DNA from: Parcubacteria group bacterium LiPW_30
Lineage (GTDB): Bacteria; Patescibacteriota; Minisyncoccia; Phycocordibacterales; VMEP01
DNA: 64,000 nucleotides
Direction: 5' to 3'
Assembly (NCBI GenBank): GCA_007375595.1
Contig: VMEP01000001.1
Location: 10,061-74,060, forward strand
Shown here: piece after piece, positions 10,350 to 19,779 of the stretch
Position numbering within the stretch: position 1 is the first letter of the stretch
How the letters are laid out: every line of letters starts with the position of its first letter
Notes under the pieces: generated by a model
Seen by the model: only the letters and a program-made list of their open reading frames with translations
Database searches by the model: none
What the model was told of the DNA's origin: nothing
Position numbers and translations under genes: made by a program

Positions 10350-10919
10350 TTAAAAAATACCAAATTCTTTTTTGAGAAATTTATCGTTCTCTACTTTATC
10401 GGCAATTATATAAAGAACGTCCTTCCCTATTTTAAAATCAGCCTTCATAAGAGTAATCAAGTCTTCACAATCGTATGGATACACCCAAACACTGTTCTGT
10501 AATTTTAAAAAACCAAAGCTTTCTATTGTTCTTTTGAGTTTCTCTCTAAGCGTTTTATTTTCTTCTTTAATATCATAAATAACAATTCTCCATTTACCAT
10601 CCCATTTTTTTGGTTTAGGTAATACTCCATTATCATACATTTGATATAAACGTCTTTCGCCTTCAGTGGTAAGGCGAACAAAATTCCCCTTTTCTATTTT
10701 TTCAAACTTTATTAATCCTTTTTCAACAAGCCGATCAACCGAACGTTTTACCCAGTAGTTGTCTCTTCTAATAATCCCTAATTTATTAAATGCGCCAACA
10801 ACACTCGGCGAAATTAACGCAACACTTAATATTCCAGCCCCTTTAATGATAGACAAAATAGTTTTCTGGACGTCTTCCTTTCGTGCTCTCTTTTTTGATT
10901 CTTTTTCAAGTATCCCCAT
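10350..10919 (-). CDS. Winged-helix DNA-binding protein with a C-terminal ferredoxin-like domain of PaaX_C / Cas2-like architecture; putative transcriptional regulator.
   Basis: N-terminal wHTH-like segment ...LVEKGLIKFEKIEKGNFVRLTTEGERRL...; C-terminal WDGKWRIVIYDIKEENKTLREKLKRTIESFGFLKLQNSVWVYPYD parallels the Cas2/PaaX pattern (VLVxYDV...GQRVQNSVFEC). Flanked on both sides by near-identical palindromes. Confidence 0.5.
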   Translation of the reverse strand: MGILEKESKKRARKEDVQKTILSIIKGAGILSVALISPSVVGAFNKLGIIRRDNYWVKRSVDRLVEKGLIKFEKIEKGNFVRLTTEGERRLYQMYDNGVLPKPKKWDGKWRIVIYDIKEENKTLREKLKRTIESFGFLKLQNSVWVYPYDCEDLITLMKADFKIGKDVLYIIADKVENDKFLKKEFGIF

Positions 10920-10970
10920 AACTTAAATATTAGCAGTAATCTAATGACTTAACGTTTTAAGCCATTTTAT

Positions 10971-11014
10971 CACCCCATCTATAATTACGCGACCGCGTAA
11001 TTATAGATGGGGTG
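10971..11014. promoter_or_regulatory. 44-bp palindrome: candidate operator, copy 2. It sits immediately upstream of the regulator gene and probably mediates autoregulation.
   Basis: caccccatctataattacgcg-ac-cgcgtaattatagatggggtg; shares the core CTATAATTACGCG-NN-CGCGTAATTATAG with copy 1. Confidence 0.55.
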
Positions 11015-11099
11015 AATTACTACCAAATTATTCCAGAATTATTTCTGAATAATGTATTTTTATATAAAACACTAAAACAATGTAGTTCAACGCAATCTT

Positions 11100-11978
11100 C
11101 TATACGTTTTTTTGCCAAGAAAAATCTCCGCGTACAGTTTTTTTACCATCCCTTTTTATATAATCTTCCAAAAGTTCTGAGCTTGAACGGACCTTTCCGC
11201 TTTTTCCAATATTAAAAACCATCTCCACTCCTAATTCTTTACAAATCTTCGCTTCTGGTATTGCGTTCTCATCTTTTCTGTCACCTCCGTTAGCAAAAAT
11301 GTGTGGGCGTATTTTTTCAATTGCCTCACCAACATCATCACGGTCAGTTTCCAAAATAAAAACATCATCTACGTGTTTAATTCCTTTTATAAGTGTTGCG
11401 CGATCATTTTGATTCATGAAATATTTTCCTTTTTTACGAATGAGCCACGCATCACAATTAATCACCACGATAAGCTTATTTCCCAAAGCTTTCGCTTCTT
11501 CAAACATCTCCAGGTGACCTACGTGTATAGGGTCAAACCCCCCGCTCACCACAACTATTTTTTCTTTCTCGTTTATTTGTTCGCTGTCTTCCCCTGTTCT
11601 ACCGTAATCATCTTCATATCGAACAATATCTCCTTCGTCGGCAGCGCTACCGTGTACAAATTCAACGTAGACACCACGAAGCAAGCGGTGTTTTTCTCTA
11701 GGCTTCACTCTATAAAAACCAACATGCCATTCGTGATGCTTGTCGTCTTCCTCGGTTCCTTGAATCCCCTTGCCACGAACTATTCTAAAATATGCGCCCG
11801 GAAGCACGTAGTGTTTATTTTTAGGAGTAACCTTAAAAACCCCAAGTTGCCACTCAGTACGATGATTATGACTCTTAAGACTTGTCTGCCCACCAACCAC
11901 AAGAAATTTAACCCAAAAATTTTTGTGGTGAACAAGTTTCCACATTCTCCCCCATGGTCGTCTCATATAAAAAGCCAT
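11100..11978 (-). CDS. Cytidylyl/adenylyl-transferase (HIGH-motif nucleotidyltransferase, RfaE domain II / glycerol-3-phosphate cytidylyltransferase-like) with a novel internally duplicated N-terminal domain.
   Basis: C-terminal half: IVVVSGGFDPIHVGHLEMFEEAKALGNKLIVVINCDAWL...RATLIKGIKHVDDVFIL (HxGH motif). N-terminal about 140 aa contain two copies of a W-x-L/VG-F-x-V-x-P-x-xKH-x-L-x-G-x-Y motif (EWQLGVFKVTPKNKHYVLPGAYFRIVRGKG / EWHVGFYRVKPREKHRLLRGVYVEFVHGS). Confidence 0.6.
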   Translation of the reverse strand: MAFYMRRPWGRMWKLVHHKNFWVKFLVVGGQTSLKSHNHRTEWQLGVFKVTPKNKHYVLPGAYFRIVRGKGIQGTEEDDKHHEWHVGFYRVKPREKHRLLRGVYVEFVHGSAADEGDIVRYEDDYGRTGEDSEQINEKEKIVVVSGGFDPIHVGHLEMFEEAKALGNKLIVVINCDAWLIRKKGKYFMNQNDRATLIKGIKHVDDVFILETDRDDVGEAIEKIRPHIFANGGDRKDENAIPEAKICKELGVEMVFNIGKSGKVRSSSELLEDYIKRDGKKTVRGDFSWQKNV

Positions 11979-12104
11979 TTTGTCTTTTGCAGTATAAGTT
12001 AAGTTTGAGTTATTTCTATCATTAAATACCTAGTAAACCAAGGAACACCTTATTTAAGGTAACTTTTTGTCTCTAAGAGTTGTTATATAGTAGAGTCGAC
12101 AAAA

Positions 12105-12153
12105 TGACACCTTTTGACACTTATTGACACTTACCCACTTTTTACTAATACTT
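12105..12153 (+). promoter_or_regulatory. Putative sigma70-type promoter (TTGACA-17-AATACT) overlapped by three TGACAC direct repeats phased at 10 bp.
   Basis: atgacacc-ttttgacac-ttattgacac at 12105-12130; the third copy is also the -35 hexamer TTGACA (12124-12129). The -10-like aatact/tactaat sits about 10 nt upstream of the ATG at 12162. Confidence 0.4.
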
Positions 12154-12161
12154 AACAAATT

Positions 12162-12410
12162 ATGAATCAGGAGATACACCCAAATGCTGTATATACCACA
12201 GCGGAAACACAAACAATTCTTAAAATAAGTGATAGTACTGTAAAACGTATGCTTAAAAACGGTCTCATTCGTGCCAACAAAGTCGGTGGTCAATACAGAA
12301 TCATGGGAAAAGAACTTCTCCGTATCCTCTCCCCCGACCTAGAAAAAGAAGCAACGCAATCTTATTTAAAAATTAAAAAGAAAGTGGTTGCCAAAATAAA
12401 CCGATGGTGA
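12162..12410 (+). CDS. Small helix-turn-helix DNA-binding protein (excisionase/MerR-like HTH_17 family), first gene of the glycan locus.
   Basis: TAETQTILKISDSTVKRMLKNGLIRANKVGGQYRIMGKELLRIL, a classic excisionase-family HTH. Confidence 0.6.
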   Translation: MNQEIHPNAVYTTAETQTILKISDSTVKRMLKNGLIRANKVGGQYRIMGKELLRILSPDLEKEATQSYLKIKKKVVAKINRW

Positions 12411-12499
12411 GAATAGTTGAAAGTTCGTAAAGTAGAAAAAATAGTCGAAAGTTCATAAAGTTTATAAAGTGAAAAGTTAAATAAAGAAATTCTTAAAAA

Positions 12500-13588
12500 A
12501 TGAAAAAAATAGCAAATAAAAAAAATAGTAATAAAGTGTCAACAAAAAATAAAGTAGCTCTTATCACTGGTATCACCGGACAAGATGGTTCGTATTTAGC
12601 TGAATTACTTTTAGAAAAAGGATATGAAGTGCACGGGCTTATTCGTCGCGCTAGCAACTTCAACACACAAAAAATAGATCATATCTATAGCGACCCACAT
12701 AAACACAATGGAAAATTTTTTCTTCATTTTGGAGATCTTTCAGACTCGAGCAACTTAAACCGCGTTTTAAATAAAATAAAACCTGATGAAATTTATCACC
12801 TTGGAGCACAGAGTCACGTACGCGTTAGTTTTGATATTCCAGAATACACGGGCGACGTCACGGGCCTTGGAACAATCCGTCTTCTTGATGCAATGAGAGA
12901 AGCTGGTTTGAGTAAAACAAAATTTTACCAAGCATCTTCAAGTGAAATGTTTGGCAAAGTAAAAGAATTACCTCTCACCGAAAACACCCCTTTCCATCCA
13001 CGCTCACCGTACGGTGTGGCAAAAGTTTACGCATACTGGATAACAAAAAACTATCGTGAGAGCTATGGAATGTTTGCCTCAAATGGAATTCTGTTTAACC
13101 ACGAAAGTGAAAGGCGCGGAGAAACTTTTGTTACAAGAAAAATCACCCAAGGTCTTTCTCGTATCAAACTCGGCAAAGAACAAAAATTATATCTTGGAAA
13201 CCTTGATGCTATGCGTGATTGGGGTCACGCAAAAGATTATGTTTACGGAATGTGGCTTATGTTGCAACACAAAGAACCAGATGATTTTATTTTAGCTACC
13301 AACGAATCGCACAGCGTTAGAGAATTTGTTGAAGAGGCCGGAAAAATCCTTGGAATGGATATTATATGGAAAGGAAAAGGACTAAACGAAAAAGGTATTG
13401 ATAAAAAAACTGGAAAAATAATAATTGAAATCGACCCAAGATACTTCCGCCCAGCAGAGGTTGATGTTCTCAATGGAGATTATTCAAAAGCAAAAAACAA
13501 GCTCGGGTGGAAACCAAAAATAAAGTTCAAAGAGCTTGTTAAATTAATGACTGAGTCGGATTTAGAAAAAGAACGTATGGTAATGTAG
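12500..13588 (+). CDS. gmd: GDP-mannose 4,6-dehydratase.
   Basis: [44 protein letters not shown]...[37 protein letters not shown], full-length Gmd motifs. Confidence 0.9.
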   Translation: MKKIANKKNSNKVSTKNKVALITGITGQDGSYLAELLLEKGYEVHGLIRRASNFNTQKIDHIYSDPHKHNGKFFLHFGDLSDSSNLNRVLNKIKPDEIYHLGAQSHVRVSFDIPEYTGDVTGLGTIRLLDAMREAGLSKTKFYQASSSEMFGKVKELPLTENTPFHPRSPYGVAKVYAYWITKNYRESYGMFASNGILFNHESERRGETFVTRKITQGLSRIKLGKEQKLYLGNLDAMRDWGHAKDYVYGMWLMLQHKEPDDFILATNESHSVREFVEEAGKILGMDIIWKGKGLNEKGIDKKTGKIIIEIDPRYFRPAEVDVLNGDYSKAKNKLGWKPKIKFKELVKLMTESDLEKERMVM

Positions 13589-13604
13589 AATTAACTTACA
13601 AAGA

Positions 13605-14588
13605 ATGAAAAAAACATCAAAAATTTATGTAGCTGGACACAATGGGCTTGTTGGTTCAGCCATCGTAAGACTGTTAAATAAGAAGGGTTATAAAAACCTA
13701 GTTCTCAAAACGCGAAAGGAATTAGATTTGATGAACCAAAAAAAGGTTACTGAATTCTTTAAAAAAGAAAAGCCAGAATATGTATTTTTGGCGGCGGCAA
13801 AAGTCGGTGGAATCGTTGCAAACCAAAACATGCCGGCAGATTTTATACATGATAATCTTTCTGTTCAAAATAATGTAATACACGAAGCATATAAAGCTAG
13901 AGTAAAAAAACTTCTCTTTCTTGGAAGCTCCTGTATATATCCAAAACTTGCACCACAACCAATTAAAGAGGAGTACTTAATGACCGGACCACTCGAGCCC
14001 ACTAACCGCAATTATGCTCTCGCTAAAATTGCAGGAATTTTTATGTGCCAAGCATATAACAAGCAATACGGCACAAACTTTATCTCTGTTATGCCAACGA
14101 ATCTATATGGCCCAAACGACAACTTTGACCCAATAAACTCGCATGTTCTTCCCGCGCTAATAAGAAGATTCCATGAAGCAAAAGAGAGTAATAGTGAAGA
14201 AATAACTATGTGGGGTACAGGGTCACCAAAAAGAGAATTTTTACATGTGGATGATTTGGCCGACGCTTGTTTATTCCTTATGCAAAACTATGATGAATCA
14301 GGGATAATAAATATTGGTACTGGTGTTGATTTGTCGATAAAATCTTTAACAGAGAAAGCAAAAAAAATAATAGGTTACTCTGGAAAAATTGTTTGGGATA
14401 AATCAAAACCAGATGGCACACCAAGAAAACTCCTAGATGTTTCTAAATTGCATAAACTTGGCTGGAAACATAAAGTAGACTTAGATGATGGAATTAAAAA
14501 AACATACGAATGGTATAAAGATAGTTTAAAGTCCGTAAAGTTCGTAAAGTCAAAAGTTAGCAAAAAGAAACCAATTAAAACTTTATAA
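13605..14588 (+). CDS. fcl: GDP-L-fucose synthase (GDP-4-keto-6-deoxymannose 3,5-epimerase/4-reductase).
   Basis: [19 protein letters not shown]...[25 protein letters not shown]...[39 protein letters not shown]. Confidence 0.9.
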   Translation: MKKTSKIYVAGHNGLVGSAIVRLLNKKGYKNLVLKTRKELDLMNQKKVTEFFKKEKPEYVFLAAAKVGGIVANQNMPADFIHDNLSVQNNVIHEAYKARVKKLLFLGSSCIYPKLAPQPIKEEYLMTGPLEPTNRNYALAKIAGIFMCQAYNKQYGTNFISVMPTNLYGPNDNFDPINSHVLPALIRRFHEAKESNSEEITMWGTGSPKREFLHVDDLADACLFLMQNYDESGIINIGTGVDLSIKSLTEKAKKIIGYSGKIVWDKSKPDGTPRKLLDVSKLHKLGWKHKVDLDDGIKKTYEWYKDSLKSVKFVKSKVSKKKPIKTL

Positions 14589-14609
14589 ACCTTCTACTTT
14601 ATAAACTTT

Positions 14610-15431
14610 ATGACTAATGTAACAATTATAAAACCTAAAAAAGTTCTCAGCTTGAGAGATTTTAAAGAGCTCTGGGATTATAAAGAGCTTCTATATTTTT
14701 TCGTATGGCGTGATTTTAAAGTACGATACAAGCAAACTATTATTGGAATTGGTTGGGCGATATTTCAACCATTTATGACGATGGTTGTTTTTAGTATTTT
14801 CTTTGGGAAGTTATTAAAAATTCCTTCCGATGGCGTTCCTTATCCAATTTTCGTATATACAGGACTTCTTTTTTGGCAATTTTTCTCTAGTGCACTTTCA
14901 GAGACGAGTAACGTGCTTATAAGTAACCAAGCAATCATTACCAAGGTGTACTTTCCACGCCTAATTCTTCCCTTGTCTTCGGTTGCGACAAAGCTAGTTG
15001 ATTTTGCTATAGCATCCGTGATTCTTGCCGGAATGATGGTTTACTATGGATACACACCACATCTTTCAGGTTTATTTATTCTCCCTCTCCTCCTCGCAAT
15101 AACCTTTATGGCTTCGGTTGGTGGCGGATTATTTCTCGCCGCGATTAATGTGAAGTATCGCGACGTGCGCTATGTTTTACCGTTCTTTATTCAAATACTA
15201 ATGTTCTTAACTCCAGTAATTTATCCAGCAAGTATCGCCGGAAAATATTCATGGATTCTTGCCTTCAACCCTATGATGGGTGTCATTCAGTCAGCACGTG
15301 CAGGAATTTTAGGAACTGCACCAATCAACTGGACGCTTATTGGAATATCATTTATGGCTTGCGCTGTATTACTTGCCATAGGAGTTATTTATTTTAAAAA
15401 AGTGGAAAGATATTTTGCTGATATCGCATAA
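14610..15431 (+). CDS. wzm: ABC-2 type polysaccharide exporter permease (Wzm/TagG-like).
   Basis: Six TM helices; WRDFKVRYKQTIIGIGWAIFQPFMTMVVFSIFFG and the NPM motif typical of Wzm. Confidence 0.8.
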   Translation: MTNVTIIKPKKVLSLRDFKELWDYKELLYFFVWRDFKVRYKQTIIGIGWAIFQPFMTMVVFSIFFGKLLKIPSDGVPYPIFVYTGLLFWQFFSSALSETSNVLISNQAIITKVYFPRLILPLSSVATKLVDFAIASVILAGMMVYYGYTPHLSGLFILPLLLAITFMASVGGGLFLAAINVKYRDVRYVLPFFIQILMFLTPVIYPASIAGKYSWILAFNPMMGVIQSARAGILGTAPINWTLIGISFMACAVLLAIGVIYFKKVERYFADIA

Positions 15432-16701
15432 AAACATGAATAATAATATTATCGAAGTAAAAAATTTAGGGAAAAAATACACAATAAACCATCACCGTGG
15501 TAATTACGTGGCGCTACGGGATGTGCTTACCGCTATTATCAAACGTCCTTTATTTTTCTTAAAAAAGAAAGCGAAAGAAATTGCTGGTATTGACACAAAA
15601 GAAGATTTTTGGGCTCTTAAAGACGTCAGCTTTAATATTGAACCAGGAGAGGTTGTTGGAGTTATCGGACGCAACGGTGCCGGCAAATCAACACTTCTAA
15701 AAATTCTCACGGGAATAACTCCACCAACCACGGGAGAAATTAAAATGAAAGGTAAAGTAGCTTCCCTACTTGAAGTTGGTACTGGTTTTCACCCAGAACT
15801 TACCGGTAGAGAGAATATTTTTCTCAACGGTGCAATACTGGGAATGACAAAGAGGGAAATTTTAAGAAACTTCGATTCGATTGTTAAATTTGCCGAAATA
15901 GAAAAATTTCTAGATACTCCAGTTAAATATTATTCAAGTGGTATGTATGTTCGTCTTGCTTTCTCTGTTGCTTCACATATGGAACCAGACGTATTACTTG
16001 TCGATGAAGTCTTAGCTGTCGGAGATACTGAATTCCAAAAAAAATGTTTGGGTAAAATGGAAGAAGTGACAAATAAACAAGGGAGGACTATTTTGTTCGT
16101 AAGCCACAACCTGTCGGCAATAAAAAGACTTTGTAAAAAAACGATTCTACTGGAAAAAGGAATGGTAAAAATGTTCGACACAACAGAAAAAGTGATAGGC
16201 CACTATCTTTCGATATCTACACAAAATGCAGTAAATAATTTTGAATTTGACCAAAACAAAAAGGCACAAGTTACTAGAGTTAGTATAAAAAACAAAAACG
16301 ACAATTTTAACTCCCAGATACCAATTGAAGAGAAATTCTATATAGAAATAGATTTTGAGGTACTAAAACAAACAAAAGCAATCCTCTCGATTTTATTCTT
16401 CTCAGAAGGAGACATCCTCCTACTCTCTTCGGAGTCTGACAAAGACGCCACCATTCGTGAATATCTACCAGGAAAATATAAAACTAAAGTTACCGTTCCA
16501 TCACACCTATTTAACGTCGGTATGTATTTTTTTGAAATACGTATACACCGCCCAGGGGTAGAGCTTATAGATTTTAAACAAAATATTAATTTTGAAATAA
16601 AAGATTCAAACGATAACCCCCATTCAATTATTTTTAACGGGGAACATTCAGGAAAAATTGCAACAATACTTGATTATCAAACAAAAAAAATAAACGACTA
16701 A
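15415..16701 (+). CDS. wzt: ABC exporter ATP-binding protein (Wzt/TagH-like) with a roughly 170-aa C-terminal extension (putative glycan-terminus-binding domain).
   Basis: Walker A GRNGAGKST, signature YSSGMYVRLAF, Walker B LLVDEVLAVGD. The non-ABC tail after about residue 260 resembles the Wzt architecture. The start may be the ATG at 15436 (MNNNIIEVKNLGKKY). Confidence 0.8.
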   Translation: MLISHKNMNNNIIEVKNLGKKYTINHHRGNYVALRDVLTAIIKRPLFFLKKKAKEIAGIDTKEDFWALKDVSFNIEPGEVVGVIGRNGAGKSTLLKILTGITPPTTGEIKMKGKVASLLEVGTGFHPELTGRENIFLNGAILGMTKREILRNFDSIVKFAEIEKFLDTPVKYYSSGMYVRLAFSVASHMEPDVLLVDEVLAVGDTEFQKKCLGKMEEVTNKQGRTILFVSHNLSAIKRLCKKTILLEKGMVKMFDTTEKVIGHYLSISTQNAVNNFEFDQNKKAQVTRVSIKNKNDNFNSQIPIEEKFYIEIDFEVLKQTKAILSILFFSEGDILLLSSESDKDATIREYLPGKYKTKVTVPSHLFNVGMYFFEIRIHRPGVELIDFKQNINFEIKDSNDNPHSIIFNGEHSGKIATILDYQTKKIND

Positions 16702-16709
16702 ATATAATT

Positions 16710-18485
16710 ATGTGTGGAATAATAAGCATTACTGGAGAAAAGGTAACTGACTACAAAAATACTGACGTAGATAAAGCGCTTCTTTCCTTAAAGAAGCGTG
16801 GGCCAGACGATTGTGGAATTTTAAAATTTCCAAAATGTATTTTGGGGCAAACCCGCCTTTCTATTGTCGACCTTAATGGCGGACACCAACCAATGAGGGA
16901 TAACAAAAAAAATATCGCCATTACCTTTAATGGAGAGATTTATAATTATCGTGAGTTAAAAAAAGACCTGATGGAAAAGGGTCACCTATTTTCCACAAAC
17001 TCCGACACAGAGGTAATTCTTAAATCATACATAGAATACGGCTTGGAATGCCCGAAACACTTAGATGGCATGTTTGCTTTCGTTATTTGGGACGAAGAAA
17101 AACAAGTACTTTTTATAACAAGAGACCGTTTTGGAAAAAAACCTTTATATTACGCCTTTGATGAAAATAAAAATCTAATACTTGCTTCAGAAATAAAAGC
17201 TATTTTTGAGACTGGAAAAGTAATGGGTATTGTTGACAATAAAACTATCGATAATTATTTAACGCTTATGTACGTTCCACCATGGAAAACAGTTTATGAA
17301 AACATAAAAATAATCCCCCCAGCCTCCTGCGCGATATTTGAAAAAGGTGAGATTAAAATCAAAAAATATTGGCGTCTAGAAAAAAAGACTATTGATATAA
17401 CATATAGTGAGGCGAGAGAGAAGGTGAAAAAACTTATCGTTGATTCTGTAAAAAAAAGAATGGTTGCCGACGTGGAAATTGGTTCATTCTTATCTGGCGG
17501 TGTCGACTCAACGCTTGTTTCTATATTGGCTCAGTCTTTTTCAAAATCACCAATTAAAACTTTCTCTATTGGTTATCAAAACTACATAAATGAACTACCG
17601 TACGCCCAAAAGGCTGCAGAAAAAATTAGCTCTGAACATTACACAATGGAAGCAAAATCAGATATGGTTTCTGAACTCCATGAAGTTATTCAGTACCTCG
17701 ATGAACCACATGCTGACTCATCTGATTTCCCACAAGCAATACTTTCCAAATTTACCTCCCAAAAAGTGAAGGTTGCACTATCGGGAGACGGTGCTGATGA
17801 GTTATTCCTCGGCTATGGGTGGTACACAAAACACCAAAACCTTTCTTATAGAGCACACTTTATCGAAAAAATTTTAGGGAATCCTTTTTCTGGTTTTATA
17901 AAAAATATTCAAATATTTTCCACGCAAGATAGGAAAAAGCTTTGGGTAAATAACTGTGTAGTGAATGACGGTTATTTGAGTAGTGAAATAAAAAACTCAA
18001 AACTCTCCCCTGTCGACAAAATAAACTTATTTGATATAACTACTTACCTACCAGGGCAACTACTAACAAAATCGGATCGAACAGGAATGATGAACTCCCT
18101 TGAGATTAGGTCTCCATTTCTTGATTATAAACTAGCCGAGTTTGTTTATAATTTACCAACGAGCTTCAAGGCGAACAAAAACGAAAATAAAATTATACTA
18201 AAAAACATACTTAGTGAGTACATGCCAAAAGAATTTGTTTATAGAAGAAAACAGGGATTTGGAGCTCCGGTAAAAAACTGGCTCAAAGAAGATAATTTTA
18301 AAAAAGACATTCATGAAAAAATATATGCAAATGATGCAAATATTTTTAAAATCCTAAAAAAAGAAGCGGTAAAAGGAATAATTGATGAATTTTATAAAAA
18401 AAATAAAGACCATTATGCTTACAAAATATGGGTTCTTTACTGCCTAGAACTGTGGTTCATTAAACACAAAAAATACCACATATAA
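16710..18485 (+). CDS. asnB: Asparagine synthase (glutamine-hydrolysing) family amidotransferase, probably a glycan-amidating enzyme.
   Basis: MCGII N-terminal nucleophile, SGGVDS PP-loop. Confidence 0.85.
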   Translation: MCGIISITGEKVTDYKNTDVDKALLSLKKRGPDDCGILKFPKCILGQTRLSIVDLNGGHQPMRDNKKNIAITFNGEIYNYRELKKDLMEKGHLFSTNSDTEVILKSYIEYGLECPKHLDGMFAFVIWDEEKQVLFITRDRFGKKPLYYAFDENKNLILASEIKAIFETGKVMGIVDNKTIDNYLTLMYVPPWKTVYENIKIIPPASCAIFEKGEIKIKKYWRLEKKTIDITYSEAREKVKKLIVDSVKKRMVADVEIGSFLSGGVDSTLVSILAQSFSKSPIKTFSIGYQNYINELPYAQKAAEKISSEHYTMEAKSDMVSELHEVIQYLDEPHADSSDFPQAILSKFTSQKVKVALSGDGADELFLGYGWYTKHQNLSYRAHFIEKILGNPFSGFIKNIQIFSTQDRKKLWVNNCVVNDGYLSSEIKNSKLSPVDKINLFDITTYLPGQLLTKSDRTGMMNSLEIRSPFLDYKLAEFVYNLPTSFKANKNENKIILKNILSEYMPKEFVYRRKQGFGAPVKNWLKEDNFKKDIHEKIYANDANIFKILKKEAVKGIIDEFYKKNKDHYAYKIWVLYCLELWFIKHKKYHI

Positions 18486-18490
18486 ATAAC

Positions 18491-19027
18491 ATGAAAAATT
18501 ACATAAACAATTTACTTAAAAAACTTACGGGTTACCAAATTTCAAAATTTGATAAATCTCCATATAAATTTAGGGAAAAATTAATTGATTTTATAGAACA
18601 AAATTCACCAAGTGGAAAAATTTTAGATATCGGTTCGGCTAGGTGGAATTATCCAAAAAATCGGTTTGGAAAAGACAACGTTACAACGTTAGATCTAGAA
18701 CCACCAGCTGATGTAATCGGAAATGTTATGAATATGCCTTTTGCTGATAATTCGTTTGATTGCGTAATTTGTCTCGAAACCCTTGAGCATGTAGAAAATC
18801 CATTCACTGCGTTAAAAGAAATACACCGGGTCCTTAAACCAAATGGTAAATTTATTGGCTCAACACCATTTATGAATAAAATTCACGGCGAAGAATATGG
18901 TGATTTTTGGAGGTTCACCAGACAAGGCTGGAAAAAATTACTTACGGGGTTTAAAAATGTTAATATTTTACCATTCTCTGGGACAGAACTCTCTCCGGGA
19001 TGGTATTTAGTAGTAGCTCAAAAATAA
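18491..19027 (+). CDS. Class I SAM-dependent methyltransferase (Methyltransf_11-like).
   Basis: ILDIGSARW...VICLETLEHVENPFTALKEIHRVLKPNGKF. Confidence 0.7.
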   Translation: MKNYINNLLKKLTGYQISKFDKSPYKFREKLIDFIEQNSPSGKILDIGSARWNYPKNRFGKDNVTTLDLEPPADVIGNVMNMPFADNSFDCVICLETLEHVENPFTALKEIHRVLKPNGKFIGSTPFMNKIHGEEYGDFWRFTRQGWKKLLTGFKNVNILPFSGTELSPGWYLVVAQK

Positions 19028-19031
19028 ACCT

Positions 19032-19775
19032 ATGATAAAAATAATAGAAAAAATAAATATAATCCTCGAAAAAATTTTTGGTATTAGAATTATGCCGGCA
19101 AGGAAAAGCGAAGGTTTATATGGGTTACTTAAAAAAATATTAAAAAAACAAAATAAAAAACCAAACCCAAAAGAATACTCTACGATTGTTGGTAAGGGAT
19201 CAATTGTGGCTTGCCAACAAGAAGGTTACTTCTTGGCACTCAATAAATACGTAAATACAGGTGATAAAATTCTTGATGTTGGTTTTGGGCTTGGTTACGG
19301 AATGAACATCCTCTCCATTAAAGCTGAAGAAATTTATGGAATCGATGTTGATCAAAAAGTTTATGACTATTGCAAAGAAACACTACTCAATAAAAACCCA
19401 AAAATTAAAGAACTTTCGATATATGATGGCTATAACATAAAATACCCCGATAATTATTTCGACGTTGTCACGTGTATGGATGTTATAGAACACGTTGAAG
19501 ATTATGACCGTTTAATCCGAGAGATGCTTCGTGTGTCAAAAAAGGGAGTATTCTTAAATACACCAAACCGCAGACCAGAATACACAAACGAAGACGGTAC
19601 TCCAAAAAATTTTTGGCACTTAAGAGAGTGGAGTTACGAAGAATTTGATAAAATTATAAAAAAACACGGCACTCCTGATTGGAACTTTATAAATGGGCCA
19701 TATGATGGACCATTTACTATTTCGTCAACAATAAAGGATGACACTTTGGCCCTTTCTCCTTTTCTTAAAAAATAG
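19032..19775 (+). CDS. Class I SAM-dependent methyltransferase.
   Basis: ILDVGFGLGYGMNIL...VVTCMDVIEHVEDYDRLIREMLRVSKKGVF. Confidence 0.65.
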   Translation: MIKIIEKINIILEKIFGIRIMPARKSEGLYGLLKKILKKQNKKPNPKEYSTIVGKGSIVACQQEGYFLALNKYVNTGDKILDVGFGLGYGMNILSIKAEEIYGIDVDQKVYDYCKETLLNKNPKIKELSIYDGYNIKYPDNYFDVVTCMDVIEHVEDYDRLIREMLRVSKKGVFLNTPNRRPEYTNEDGTPKNFWHLREWSYEEFDKIIKKHGTPDWNFINGPYDGPFTISSTIKDDTLALSPFLKK

Positions 19776-19779
19776 ATAC

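Noticed and set aside
11301-12002. 233-aa + strand ORF antisense to the nucleotidyltransferase gene. Similar antisense ORFs occur at 24830-25579, 38678-39232, 43132-44022 and 59038-60303.
   Set aside because: They overlap well-supported, motif-bearing genes on the opposite strand and have low-complexity, F/S/L-rich compositions typical of antisense frames in AT-rich DNA.
12411-12499. Considered a CRISPR-like array because of short direct repeats.
   Set aside because: There are only 2-3 imperfect 15-nt repeats with no regular spacer structure and no cas genes in the window. The Cas2-like fold at 10350-10919 is a regulator fusion, not a cas operon.
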